DNA from: Candidatus Hydrogenedentota bacterium
Lineage (GTDB): Bacteria; Hydrogenedentota; Hydrogenedentia; Hydrogenedentales; SLHB01
DNA length: 64,000 nucleotides
Assembly: GCA_963745075.1 (NCBI GenBank)
Contig: CAVUWV010000001.1
Span: forward strand, 192,001 to 256,000
Direction of reading: 5' to 3'
Under the pieces are notes generated by a model. It saw nothing but the letters and a program-made list of their open reading frames with translations. It searched no databases and was not told the origin of the DNA. Shown here piece after piece: positions 39,161-50,276 of this stretch (position 1 is its first letter; each line of letters begins with the position of its first letter). The position numbers and the translations under genes were made by a program.

Positions 39161-42100
39161 CAGGCTGTGCCGTCGCCCGTCGTGTCCGTGACGAGCCTGG
39201 AACGGAGTTCCTCCAGGGTCGTATGGACCGGTGACTCGGAGATGTCCACTTCGCGCATCCAGTCCTCCGATGAGTCATCCAGGTACAGCAGGATACCGCG
39301 TGCGGGCGACGCGCCCCGCAACTGTCGTATCGCCGCTGCGTACAACTGGAGTTGCCGCTCGTACCGTGCGTGTTTTTCCAGCGTGTAGTGGCCCGTCTTG
39401 TAGTCGACGATGACCGCGTCATCGAGCAGCAGGTCGATGGTTCCTTTCACAAGTCGGTCGCCGATTCGGAGTGCAAAGGGGGTTTCTTTGCGAACCGATT
39501 TGCCCTTGTCGATCATGTTGCCCAGGTTTGATTTGCGGATGCGATCTGCAAGCGCGCCAAGTTCCCGATCGAGCGTGTTGCGCATCTCCCGTAACGGGCA
39601 TTCCGCGAGAAGAAATTCGCGGATCGTCTCGGAGGGCTCTGAGCGTAGATCCCAGAATTCCAGGAACCGGTGAATTAAGGTGCCGCGTAACGCGGGATCC
39701 CTTCCGTCAGGCACAAACGACGGCGCCCGATTCGGCTCGAACTCGCCCTCGCGCTCGTCGAAAGCGTGCAGAGCCACGGTGACGGCAACCGATCGGCGTG
39801 GCGTTTCGGCGGGAGCAATTGCAGCCGTGCGCTGTCCGATGATGGCGCGATCCGGCGCGTCACTATCAGCTTCGGTGTCGGAAGGCGAAGGAACGCTCCC
39901 CGGCTTGCGGCGTACCCGGACGCGCCATCCGTCGCCCGCTATCTCTGCTCCGTTTTGCCGGTCGTACAAGCTGTAGACGTCGTTGAACGCGCATAGCCAC
40001 TGCGTTTCCTTCGTCGCATTGGGTGGACCGCACAATAGCAGATAGTCCCGCGCACGGGTCATCGCGACGTACAACACCCGCGCTTGTTCTGCGAGTTCTT
40101 CGGTATTGCGCGTTTGCGAGATAGCCTGGAACACCGGTGGCGTAGCGCGGTCGCCAGAGTCGTCCGTTACCTTGACGGCAACGCCCATCGTCCGGTGATG
40201 GGCGAGCGACGTGCGGTTACTCCCTTGCACCGCGCGGCCCATATCCGCCACAGCGACGATAGGGAATTCCAGTCCTTTGGATTTGTGGACCGTCATCACG
40301 GTCACCACATTGCCCGCGTCCGCTCCCGATTCCGCTTCGCCTTCGCGAATCGCCGTGGTTGCAACGTCGGTCAGATACCGTACGAACGAACTGAGCGTTG
40401 CGTTTTGGGTGCGCGCAAATGAGGCGGCAAGGTCCGCGACCTTTCGCAGATTCATCGCGCGTTGTACGCCGAGGAATTGTCCCAGCACGACGGCTTCGAG
40501 TGCGGTTCGGTCCAACACGACGTGAATGTAGGCGCCCAATGGCATGTCGCGGAACGCGCGTAATTCCGCGAAAAGTCCGCGACCGCGCGTCAGCCGTTCG
40601 TTCTGCGCCGGATCGGAAATCGAAATGTCGCCATAAAACGCCGCGGCGAGCCCCTCGGTGCGCCGGGGAAACCCGCTCAGTTCCACGAGGGCGTCGTCCG
40701 AGAGGCCGATGATTGGGCTTCGCAGGACCGCCAGTAAGGCCATCTCATTCCAGGGATCGACCAGCACGGAAAGAAGATTTCGAAGATCGACTACCTCTTG
40801 GCGTTCGTAGAATCCGACACCGGCAACAACCGAGTACGGTACCCCGGCTTCTCGCAACGCGCGCTCGTAACGGTACACGTCGCTGAACGATCGCAAGAGA
40901 ATGGCCACGTCGCCAAATTCAGCGTCACGACGGCGGTTCTGCGGGGGATCGTAGACTTGCGTCGGCGTCGGTCCCGCGCACATTTCGAGGAGCCGCGTCG
41001 CCAGCAGTTTGGCTTCCGCGTCGCGATAGTCCGGGGCCCTCGCTTCATCGACGGTCTCGGGGATGAGAAACTCGACGTGACAGTCTCCTTGCGCTTCGCG
41101 GTGCCAGTCCATCGGCCCGTAGGGGTCCTCCACCGCGTAAGAGGAGCCTCGACTTTGTAAAGAAGTCATTCACAAACGTGAGAACATCCGGGAGTGACCG
41201 GAAGTTCTTGTCCATGCGAACCACCTCGTCCGCAGATTCCCGGGCGGACCGGAACACGTCCACTTCGGCGCCCCGGAAATAGTAAATGGACTGCTTGGCA
41301 TCGCCCACGATGAAGAGTTGCGGACCGCCCGGGACACCGGACAGCAGCCGCGCAATTTCAAGTTGCACCGAATCGGTGTCCTGGAACTCGTCGATAAGCA
41401 GGTATTTGATCGATCGCGCCACGCGCGCGCGAACGGAGCCGTCGCCTCGTTCGTCATCACGCAACACCTGAAGCGTTTGCGCGATGAGGTCTTCGAAATC
41501 GTATGCGTTGCGGCGCTGCTTGGCTTCGTCAAGGTTTTCGACCGTGCGTCGATAGACCGTAAGCAGATCGACAGTCAGTTCCGCCGCGCGCGTCAAAAGT
41601 CCCGGATCGACCATGGCAATTTGACGCTTGGCGATTGCGTCTTTTGTCGATTTCAGTAGGTCCCGGACCGAGTCGAAGGCGTCGTGGGATGCCCACTTCT
41701 TTTTGCTGCCTCCAAGGGCATTCAATGCGGAGATGCCGCCCAACGCGCAAACGCGTTCGTGGTTGTCTTGCGCCTGAATGGCCCGTTCCATTTCGCTGAG
41801 CAGCGCGCGACGCATCACTTCGCGCTTGTCGTCGGGATCGGCGCATTGACCCGCCAGCTCAACCAGTTCGCGGACCGCGTTCACGAATAGCGGCGAACTG
41901 ACAAGTTCAGCGTTTTGACGTTCCACGTGCGCATCGACGACGCGGGACCAATCGTTGAGCAACGCGTGCGGTTCGGAAACGTCGTGATTCTCGGCAATCC
42001 GTGCGATCGCGCCGCGATCGCTCAGCATCGCGCGAAGCACATCGACGAGTTCGGCGCGCCGGAACTCGATTGCCAGGCGGAAAGCGGAGGCGTCATCCGA

Positions 42101-42541
42101 CTCCAGCAGTTCGTGCAGGGTCAGTTCAATCACCTCGACCCGCAACAGGAAGGACTCCGGTTCCGTGAGAATACCGAACTCCGGATCCTTCCCTAAGCTC
42201 AGCGCGTGCTCTTTGAGAAGCCCCATGCAAAACGCGTGGATGGTCGAAATCCGCGCGGACTCCAGTCGCCGTTCGATGTGCCGCCAGAAGTTCAGTAGTT
42301 GCGGGTCGTCCTCGGGAGCTTTCTTCCTGCACTCGGATCGCAGGCGTTCCTTCATTTCGGCCGCGGCTTTGTCGGTAAACGTGATGGCCACGATTTGATC
42401 GAGTGTGGCGTGACGTTGTTCGAGCAAATACAGGATGCGCTCGACCAGTACGCTGGTCTTGCCGGAACCCGCTCCGGCGTCCACGCACAGGCTCTTGTCG
42501 TAGGTTTCGATGGCGGTGCGTTGTTCGTCGGTGCGGGTCAT
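39160..42541 (-). CDS. addA: AddA-type UvrD helicase-nuclease, +1 frameshift near 41140
   Basis: AGAGSGKT, AITFTDKAAAEMKER, STIHAF, LIDEFQDT, VGDAKQSIY.FRGA, NFRS. The next frame has MTVHKSKGLEF, LYVAMTRARD and nuclease RGTLIH...GTID...DYKT. Confidence 0.93.
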
Positions 42542-45500
42542 TCAGCCGTCTCCGTTTTCCGCTCGATACGGCTGGTGTCGAACCGGCAGGCGCGATGGTC
42601 CCGGCATTCCCGGCACATGTCGCGATAGGGCACCGGCGGAAAGTGGCCGGCGCGGATCGCCGAAACGTGCCGTGCGATGTGATCGCGAATATGCTCTTTA
42701 CGCTCGGACCAAGGCGAGCCTTTTGTTTCCAAACCGGCCAAGTGACCTTTGCCGCCGATTTGTAGGAACCGGGCATCGGCGCACGGCGTGCCGGGCATGA
42801 GATACTCTTCCAACGCGAGTGCGTAGACGGGCAGTTGGACCGACACGCCGGCTTCGATTTCCGCTTGCCGGGCGTAGACCGAGGTCTTGTAGTCGATAAT
42901 ACGCGCGCCCTGTTCCGAGGTATCGATGCGATCGATTCGTCCGGTGAATCGGATTGGACCCTCGTTCGTTGCAAGTTCGTACGGTTCCGTCTTGCTCAGC
43001 GAATCTTCAGACCTGCCGTGGACGTTTCCGAAGGATACCTCGAAATGGCGCGGTTGCCAGGCGTCGGTATCTTTCTCCCGCGCAATGGCCAGATACCGCT
43101 GCAGGAGCACCGCCATGCGACCACGCTCGGCGTGAGCCGCTTTGGGCGGCGTGTTGATGCTTTGGTAGGCCCGCCGAGCGAAAACGTCGTCGAGATGCCT
43201 GACGATGGCCTCGTTTGCCTCAGTTTCCGGAATGTCAGCGACGGGACGCCCCAGATACTCCTTGTGAAAAGCATGCAGTACCTCGTGCAGAATGCGGCCG
43301 CGTACCAACGGGTCGAACTCCGCGCCGGGTTCTTCTTCCGGATCCACGCCCAAGACTCGCGTCATGAAAAACCGGAAGGGACAGCCTGCGTAGGATTCGA
43401 TCTGATTGACGCTGAACAGATGGCCTGATCCGAAGTGCGCGGCAACGGCGTCAACCAACCCCGGATCGGCGAGCATCCCGTCGTAGACGCCCAACAGAGA
43501 GGCGTCTTGCCGCGCCGTTTCGATGGATAAGGCGTCCGTCACATGCTGGAACTCCTTGCGGTACAGCTCTCGCAATGGCTTGCTCCGCAAAAACGCGCTG
43601 TTGCGGACATCCCGCATGCTCCCCACGGAGCCGGGTTCCGGCGCGAATAGTGGAGTCGCCGGCGTCTCGGATTTCACACCCAACGGTTCGAGCAGTTCCA
43701 GGGTATCCGTGAGAAACGGACTGGGACTCGCGGCGCGGCCATCGCGCGACTGTGCGTGCCATGTCAGGGTCAGGTGGGTTCTTGCGGCGCGAACGGCGTG
43801 ATGAAACGCGAGCATTTCGCGGGCCGCGTGGCGGTGTTTGTCGTCGAGTTCGATCCGGTGCGCGGCAAAATCTGCGATGTCCGTGTCCGTGTAGATGGCG
43901 CCGACGGAGGGCGGTCTCGGGAATTCGCCCTCGTTCATTCCGCAGAGGAAAACGTAGTCGTAGGCATCATGGCGGAGATCGTCGGCGCTCTTGCACACGA
44001 CCGCGCCGGGAATCGGAGGTTGCTCCAACGCCGTTGCGCGAAATGTGCCGCGCAGTACGCGCACAAAATCGTCCCGATCGATCGACCGGTTGCCGCCCTG
44101 CCGCTGGTGCCACGCATCGACGCGCCCCAACGTTAACTTCAGCGCATTCCAAGCGGCTTGCTCGCGTTCCAGGATCGGACCCGCCGTTCCGTTCGTAAGA
44201 GCCCGAATCGCGTTGCAGCTTTCGAGCGAATCTTCCACGCCCGCAACAAAAGCAGCCGGTCTTGCGCGGGCGGGCAGGAGTCGGGCGACTTCGGCCAAAT
44301 GCTCCAGGCGTGTCAAAAGCGAATCGAAAGCTTCGCGCATGTGCGGAAGGCGTTTGACGCCGGTGCCGCTCTTGGCATCGTCGTTATCGAACTGTCCCCG
44401 GCAGCGGCGGACACCGTCCATCCACTCTTGTTGACCTTCGATGATGCCCGCGCGGCGGGCGAGAACGGGGAAGAGGTCGACCTGTTCCCTTGGGACGCCA
44501 CCCTCCGCGAACCATGGCGCGGTAATGACATCAAGCACGGAATGCCGCGACCAGGTTTGGCACGCTTCGAACAGATTCATCACGAAACAGGCCAGGGAAC
44601 TTTCCTCGAGAGGGACGGGTCGCTCGACGGCGACGGGTATTCCGAACTCGTCGAAGACGGCACGAACGGTGGATGCCGAATCGCGAAGATCGCGAAAGAG
44701 TATGGCGATTCGGTCGCAGGGGACGGATCGGTCGAGAATAAGCGTCTTGATCTTGCGCCCGGCATGTTCGACCTCCTGCCGCAGGTCCGGGCAGGGTACG
44801 ACGGCGACGTTCGGTCGCAAGTCCGGCGCCGGCGTTGGACGTTGCCGCCAGAAGATTTCGCCGGCGAGGTATTCGCTGTGCGACTTGGCGGACGGCGCAG
44901 CGAAGGTCGTGCTCTGGACGTGTTCGAACTCGCCGGCAATCTTCTCATGGGTTGCCCGCGGAATTATGAATAGATCCTGTCGGCTTGGTTCAACCACATC
45001 ACCGTCGATACCAAAAACCATTTCGGAGACATGCCCCGCCAATGTCTTGACAAGGCGAAACTCCGAGGGCGTGAAGTCCTCGAACCCATCCAGCAAAAGG
45101 GATTCCACGCCCTCCAGCGCGGCCGGCGGCCCTTCTTTCAGCACCACTTCCGTTTGCCAGAAGATACCGACTCGGTCGTAGCTGCGGGTTTGAATGAGGG
45201 CGTCCTGGTAGCCTTCGTAGACGGCGGCGACAATGGAATCAAGCCAGGAACCGTGTGCTCGATGAGCGATAACTTCGCGAAAATGCGCCGGTTCGACAGC
45301 CGCCTGCTTCAGTTGCGTGATCACGCGTAGCGCGTGCGTAACAAACCCGTCAGAGGTCGCCGCGTCGCCGAGAACCGCGAGGCGGTTCTCAGACGCTAGA
45401 CGCTGCACGACCCCTTCGACGAGCATGCGCCGCTCTAATTCGTCGAGACGGTGAACGCGGAAGCCTTCTGCCTCGAGTATAAGCAGGGAAATATCCTCAA

Positions 45501-45690
45501 GAGTCAGGACGCGTGGATCCCAGCACCCGGGCAGGTCGCTTTCGAGGAGGAACGTCTCAAGGCGCTGGTTGGCGGCAGACCGGGTCGGCATGATGAGCAT
45601 GGCGCGACCCCAGCGTTCGCGCATGAGGTCGTCTATGCGCTGGGTTCGTTCCGATGCCGGCGTTCCCGTATAGAGATGGATGGTTGCCAC
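42538..45690 (-). CDS. addB: AddB-type inactive helicase + PD-(D/E)xK nuclease with Fe-S staple
   Basis: LDGFEDFTP, IAILFRD, GMNEGEFP, SPSPF, FSVNQIESYAGCPFRFF, GRIDRID...IIDYKT, QLPVY, C-terminal CRECRDHRAC. Overlaps the addA start (ATGA). Confidence 0.88.
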   Translation of the reverse strand: MATIHLYTGTPASERTQRIDDLMRERWGRAMLIMPTRSAANQRLETFLLESDLPGCWDPRVLTLEDISLLILEAEGFRVHRLDELERRMLVEGVVQRLASENRLAVLGDAATSDGFVTHALRVITQLKQAAVEPAHFREVIAHRAHGSWLDSIVAAVYEGYQDALIQTRSYDRVGIFWQTEVVLKEGPPAALEGVESLLLDGFEDFTPSEFRLVKTLAGHVSEMVFGIDGDVVEPSRQDLFIIPRATHEKIAGEFEHVQSTTFAAPSAKSHSEYLAGEIFWRQRPTPAPDLRPNVAVVPCPDLRQEVEHAGRKIKTLILDRSVPCDRIAILFRDLRDSASTVRAVFDEFGIPVAVERPVPLEESSLACFVMNLFEACQTWSRHSVLDVITAPWFAEGGVPREQVDLFPVLARRAGIIEGQQEWMDGVRRCRGQFDNDDAKSGTGVKRLPHMREAFDSLLTRLEHLAEVARLLPARARPAAFVAGVEDSLESCNAIRALTNGTAGPILEREQAAWNALKLTLGRVDAWHQRQGGNRSIDRDDFVRVLRGTFRATALEQPPIPGAVVCKSADDLRHDAYDYVFLCGMNEGEFPRPPSVGAIYTDTDIADFAAHRIELDDKHRHAAREMLAFHHAVRAARTHLTLTWHAQSRDGRAASPSPFLTDTLELLEPLGVKSETPATPLFAPEPGSVGSMRDVRNSAFLRSKPLRELYRKEFQHVTDALSIETARQDASLLGVYDGMLADPGLVDAVAAHFGSGHLFSVNQIESYAGCPFRFFMTRVLGVDPEEEPGAEFDPLVRGRILHEVLHAFHKEYLGRPVADIPETEANEAIVRHLDDVFARRAYQSINTPPKAAHAERGRMAVLLQRYLAIAREKDTDAWQPRHFEVSFGNVHGRSEDSLSKTEPYELATNEGPIRFTGRIDRIDTSEQGARIIDYKTSVYARQAEIEAGVSVQLPVYALALEEYLMPGTPCADARFLQIGGKGHLAGLETKGSPWSERKEHIRDHIARHVSAIRAGHFPPVPYRDMCRECRDHRACRFDTSRIERKTETAE

Positions 45691-45839
45691 TGATGGGTTC
45701 CGAGTTTACTCGTCTGCGCACCAGCATAACGAACGGTGGGGCGCGTTGCGAAACTTTGCGGAGGACCGGCACGGGCAGACACAGACCAGAGAGCTTCTTT
45801 TACGGGGCGGCGCGGCGTTGGAGCCAGTCGATACGTGGC

Positions 45840-47523
45840 TTAGTTCAAGTCGTCGGCGTTTCGGATTTCGTAGCGATACCCCTGCTCGGTGAGAAAGAGC
45901 TGCCGCTTGACGCTGTAATCCTGGTCGCAGGTGTCGCGCGATACGAGCGAGTAAAAGCGCGCGATGGTCCCATCGCTTTTGGGACGCAGAATCCGGCCCA
46001 GTCGCTGAGCCTCTTCCTGGCGCGAGCCAAAGGTCCCCGATACTTGAATTGCCACGTTCGCGTCCGGCAGGTCGATGGCGAAGTTGGCGACCTTCGATAC
46101 GATCATCAGCTTGCATTCGCCGCTGCGAAACCTCGCGTAGAGTTCCTCGCGCTTTTTGTTCGCCGTCTGCCCGGTGATGATGGGCGCCTTGAAATGTTTC
46201 GCAAGCACTTTCAGTTGGTCCAGGTACTGGCCGATAATCAGCACGTTGTCGTTCTTATGGTGTTTGACCAGCATTTCGCAGACGCTCGTTTTCACCGGAT
46301 TGGTGGAAGCGATTCGGAACTTGCCGCGCTTGTCAGCGATAGCGTACCGGTACCGCTCGTCCTGCGGCAGGGGAGCGCGCACTTCCGTGCAAAGCGCTTG
46401 TGCGATCCAGCCTTGTTTCTCCAATACCTTCCACGGCACGTCGTACTTCTTCGGTCCGATAAGGCTGAACACGTCGTCTTCACGCGCGTCTTCACGCACC
46501 AGCGTGGCGGTCAGACCCAGTCTGCGGCGCGCCTGCAAGGCGGCCGTCGCGCGAAACACCGGCGCCGGCAGCAGGTGCACCTCATCATAAACGATGAGTC
46601 CCCAGTTGCCCTCGTCAAAAAGGCTGAAGTGAACGAAAGGACTGTCCTTGGTCTTCCGGTAGGTCAACACCTGGTAGGTGGCGAAGGTGACCGGCCGAAT
46701 CTCTTTCGAGTCCCCGCTGTATTCGCCGCATTTTTCCTCGGCGATCGTCGTCTTATCCAGCAGTTCGCTTTTCCACTGGCGCAGCGCAACCGTGTTGGTT
46801 GTCAGGACCAGGGTTTGGGTTTGCAGCCGTTCGATGGCCGCGATGCCAACGACCGTCTTTCCCGCGCCGCACGGCAAGACGACGACCCCGCTGCCGCCCT
46901 GGTTTGAACCGCCGGCATAAAACGCATCGACCGACTCCCGCTGGTACTTGCGCAGCGAGAACGGCGCGCCGGAGAGGGTGGTGTCTCGGAAATTCAGTTC
47001 GAGCGGGGCGCCTTCAACATACCCAGCCAAGTCTTCGACCGGGAACCCGATTTTGATCAGGATGCTCTTCACGTTGCCCCGGTCCGCGGGATTGACAAAG
47101 ATGCGATGCCCGTCCGGAGACCCCGCCACGTACGGTTTGAGATCCTTCTGATTCAGTAACTGTGTGATGAGCAGGCTGTCTTCGGAATGCAGGACCAAAT
47201 CCCCGCCGGCATCCTGCTTGTACAGCTTGAGCCGGCCATACCGGGCGACGTTGTCTTCGATATCGACAATAACGTTTTCGGGGATTTCATAACGGCTGAA
47301 CGCCTTCAGGTGGTCGATGATCTCGTCGGCCGTCATGCCCGCCGCGGCGGCATTCCAAAGGGAAAGCGGGGTAAGCCTGATACGTATGAATGTGCTCGGG
47401 AGATTTGACCAGTTCCGCGAAGGCCGCGATGCTGTCGCGGGCGTCTTCGAATTTGGGACCATCCGTCTCAAGCAGAATGGATCGGTCGGACTGTACGATA
47501 ATCGGCCTATTTTCGTTACTCAT
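45840..47523 (-). CDS. xpb: XPB/Rad25-like SF2 DNA helicase, +1 frameshift near 47380
   Basis: PIIVQSDRSILLE...FAELVKSPEHIHTY, then RLTPLSLWNA, LRKYQ, VLPCGAGKT, DEVHLLPA, LGLTATLVRED, SRQEEAQRLGRILRPK. Confidence 0.93.
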
Positions 47524-47565
47524 AACCAGAGAGTTTACCATTCGGACATAGGAAGCTTCTAGCCC

Positions 47566-47765
47566 GGAATTCTCACACGCACGACGCACCTACCGTGCAA
47601 TTGCTGTGAGCACTATACCTTTCAACTACCACCAAGGCTCTTCAATTTGACCGTGTGTGTGTGAGAATTCCTCAACAGTGAGCCTGCAGATCTTCTCGGG
47701 AGCATTTCTCACCGTACCCAGCGTTGTCGGTCCGTAGGAGACAGCCTTTGGGCGGTGAGAAATGC
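47566..47765. repeat. Two adjacent long inverted repeats sharing a TTCTCAC/GTGAGAA core
   Basis: ggaattctcacacgcac (47566-82) pairs with gtgtgtgtgagaattcc (47655-71), 16/17. gcatttctcaccg (47702-14) pairs with cggtgagaaatgc (47753-65), 13/13. Confidence 0.7.
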
Positions 47766-47795
47766 GGACTAGCGTTGGCGCGAAAGTAAATCTCG

Positions 47796-47835
47796 AAAAA
47801 TGAAAAGGGCGCCACCGCAGTGCGCGGTAACGCCC
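47796..47835 (-). terminator. Rho-independent terminator of the nfeD-floA operon
   Basis: Minus strand reads GGGCGTTACCGC-gcact-GCGGTGGCGCCC followed by TTTTCATTTTT, about 20 nt after the last stop. Confidence 0.8.
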
Positions 47836-47857
47836 TCTTGATTGGTTTGGGCAAGTG

Positions 47858-48574
47858 TTACTCGAACGCCTTCGGGGGCCCCAGGATCTCGCGCATGATG
47901 ACCGCCCGGCGCAGATCGCTCCTGTCTTCAAAGAAGCGGGCGCCCGCATGTCTCGCATAGCGCTGCCGTTTCGGCAATGGCGCGACTGGAACAGGCGGTT
48001 TCTTCGGGACCCGCCTACGCGTTTGTTGCGGCGGCGCAACCGGAGGGGGGACCTCTCGGTGAGGCGTCTTCCGATGTTGCGGTTGCTGGCGCATCGGGGG
48101 CGCCTTCCGGTGCTGTTCCTGCGCGAGACGCCGCTGCTCTTCTTGGGGCCGGAACTGTGCTTGTTCCTGCGCCGGCCGTTCCTGCTGAGTTGCCGGCGTT
48201 CGTCGCGGTGGAGCGCGATGTACCGGTGGCGGGGTTGCCTGCCTTGCCGTTGATTGGCGCGGTGCTACCGGCGGCGGCACGGCCCGCCGAGGCTGTCCCT
48301 GCCGCGGTTGTGCCGTCGGGACATGAGGCTCCCGGCGCTGTGCAATGACGACCGGCGGTTCGCCGTCCTCGGAGTGCGTGCGCGGCCGCGCGGTGGGAAT
48401 CGTGTCACCGTACAACATGCGTCGCGTCGCCTCCGGCAGATCCTCGGGCTTCTGACGCCCCGTCTGCTGTTGGCGGCCCGTGATGTCCTTCTGCTCCGCG
48501 ACTTTGCGCGCGATAGCGACGACGATGAACACCACGAACACAAGGAGGCCAACGAGATCTCCGAAGCTATCCAT
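47858..48574 (-). CDS. Membrane-anchored low-complexity protein downstream of floA (YqfB-like position)
   Basis: N-terminal TM segment, long Pro/Gln/Arg-rich linker and C-terminal DLRRAVIMREILGPPKA motif. Confidence 0.7.
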   Translation of the reverse strand: MDSFGDLVGLLVFVVFIVVAIARKVAEQKDITGRQQQTGRQKPEDLPEATRRMLYGDTIPTARPRTHSEDGEPPVVIAQRREPHVPTAQPRQGQPRRAVPPPVAPRQSTARQATPPPVHRAPPRRTPATQQERPAQEQAQFRPQEEQRRLAQEQHRKAPPMRQQPQHRKTPHREVPPPVAPPQQTRRRVPKKPPVPVAPLPKRQRYARHAGARFFEDRSDLRRAVIMREILGPPKAFE

Positions 48575-48593
48575 CGATGGTAATCCTCGTGTT

Positions 48594-49622
48594 TTACGTG
48601 TGCGGTCCGGACTGGTCGTCCTCGCTACGGCCTTCCGTCTTCGAGATGGACTCCCGCATGCTCGTGTCCGCCATCACGTTCTTCATCTTGTAATAGTCCA
48701 TGATGCCGAGGTTGCCGCTGCGGAATGCCTCGGCCATGGCACGCGGCACTTCGGCCTCGGCCTCGACCACCCGGGCGCGCATCTCGATAACCTGCGCGCG
48801 CATCTCCTGTTCGCGGGCATAAGCCATGGCGCGCCGCTCCTCGGCCCGGGCCTGGGCGATCTGCTTGTCGGCCTCGGCCTGCGAAATCTGGAGTTGCGCG
48901 CCGATGTTCTCACCCACGTCCACATCCGCGATATCGATGGACAAGATTTCAAATGCCGTTCCCGCATCCAGTCCGCGTTGCAGCACCACCTTCGAAATAC
49001 GGTCCGGATTCTCGAGCACCTGTTTGTGCGTCGACGACGAACCGATGGTCGTCACGATACCTTCTCCGACGCGCGCGATGATCGTTTCCTCGGTTGCGCC
49101 ACCAACCAGGCTGTTAATGTTGGTCCGCACCGTTACGCGGGCCTTGGCCTTCAACTGAATCCCGTCCATGGCCACGGCGGCCACCGTGGGCTGTCCCTGA
49201 CGAGGGTCCGGGCAATCAATAACCTTCGGATTGACCGAGGTCTGTACCGCGTCGAGAATGTCGCGGCCCGCCAGGTCGATGGCCGTGGCACGCTGGAAAT
49301 TCAGGTCGATATTGGCTTTGCTCGCCGCGATCAGCGCCTGCACCACGCGCACCACGTTGCCGCCGGCCAGATAGTGGGCTTCCAATTCGTTCGTCGAGAT
49401 GTGGAGACCGGCTTTCACCGCATTGATGCGACTTTCCACGATGATCGCTGGATTGACCTTTCGCAGCCGCATCGCCACCAGACTCAACAGGCTGACGCGG
49501 GCTCCCGAAAGCAAGGCCTGAATGTACAATTTGAAGAAGGTCAGAACAATTACGAGGAAAATCAGAATGACAATCGCTGCTGCTACGCCAAGAATCGCGT
49601 AAAAAGGCCCTAATCCACTCAT
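48594..49622 (-). CDS. floA: Flotillin-like protein FloA (YqfA/SPFH-like)
   Basis: [84 protein letters not shown]. Confidence 0.96.
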   Translation of the reverse strand: MSGLGPFYAILGVAAAIVILIFLVIVLTFFKLYIQALLSGARVSLLSLVAMRLRKVNPAIIVESRINAVKAGLHISTNELEAHYLAGGNVVRVVQALIAASKANIDLNFQRATAIDLAGRDILDAVQTSVNPKVIDCPDPRQGQPTVAAVAMDGIQLKAKARVTVRTNINSLVGGATEETIIARVGEGIVTTIGSSSTHKQVLENPDRISKVVLQRGLDAGTAFEILSIDIADVDVGENIGAQLQISQAEADKQIAQARAEERRAMAYAREQEMRAQVIEMRARVVEAEAEVPRAMAEAFRSGNLGIMDYYKMKNVMADTSMRESISKTEGRSEDDQSGPHT

Positions 49623-49636
49623 TGCCGTATCCTTTC

Positions 49637-50257
49637 CTAATCCGCGGCTGCCTGCACCACGACCATGTTATCTTTTGTTCCAATTACGCTAACGGTAGCA
49701 CCTTTCGGCAGGTAACCGCCAATAGCAACCGCACTCACGAGCGTATCACCGATGGAAACCAGTCCCGGTGGTCCCACAGCCTGGACGACTTCGGCGGTTT
49801 GACCGATGCACGCCGCTGCCGTTTCGGGTGTTGCCTGGTCGGCCGCTTCTCGAAGACCGGCCTCTTTCGCGTGAATCAAGTCCTGCACCGTCTTCACAAC
49901 GTCACGGCCGGACAAGTCGAACGCGGCGGCGATGCGAAAGGGCAGGTCCACGTCCGCCTTCCGGGCGGCCGCCGCAGCGACCATGACACGATTGATGTTC
50001 CCTCCGGCAAGCACGTGCGACTCGATTCCGTCCAAGGGCGCATTCACGCCGGTCCTCTTCGCGACGATATACACATTAACGATCGCGCCGAGGTCCAACC
50101 TCCGCATGGCCATCCCGCACATCCGCCACCATCCGACGGGGGCCCCGCCCAACCGGGCGCGAAGCCACGGACCGAAGACGGTGAACACCATGACACCAAG
50201 TGCAAACAGCGCAAGCGAACCCAGGAGAATAGACGCTATCACGATGACATTCGGCAT
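49637..50257 (-). CDS. Chimeric protein: FloA N-terminal region fused to an NfeD C-terminal OB-fold
   Basis: [14 protein letters not shown]...[25 protein letters not shown] aligns with the adjacent FloA. The C-terminal [20 protein letters not shown]...[22 protein letters not shown] aligns with both NfeD C-termini. Confidence 0.8.
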   Translation of the reverse strand: MPNVIVIASILLGSLALFALGVMVFTVFGPWLRARLGGAPVGWWRMCGMAMRRLDLGAIVNVYIVAKRTGVNAPLDGIESHVLAGGNINRVMVAAAAARKADVDLPFRIAAAFDLSGRDVVKTVQDLIHAKEAGLREAADQATPETAAACIGQTAEVVQAVGPPGLVSIGDTLVSAVAIGGYLPKGATVSVIGTKDNMVVVQAAAD

Positions 50258-50276
50258 GAGCACTCCCGCGACGGGG

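Noticed and set aside
39160..45690. Anti-phage defence helicase-nuclease system
   Set aside because: The motifs and gene order fit housekeeping AddAB, with no defence-island or mobility context.
47720..47750. SRP RNA-like loop (gtcggtccgtaggagacagc)
   Set aside because: Only superficially like the SRP domain IV. It lacks the CAGG/GNRA/AGCAG pattern.
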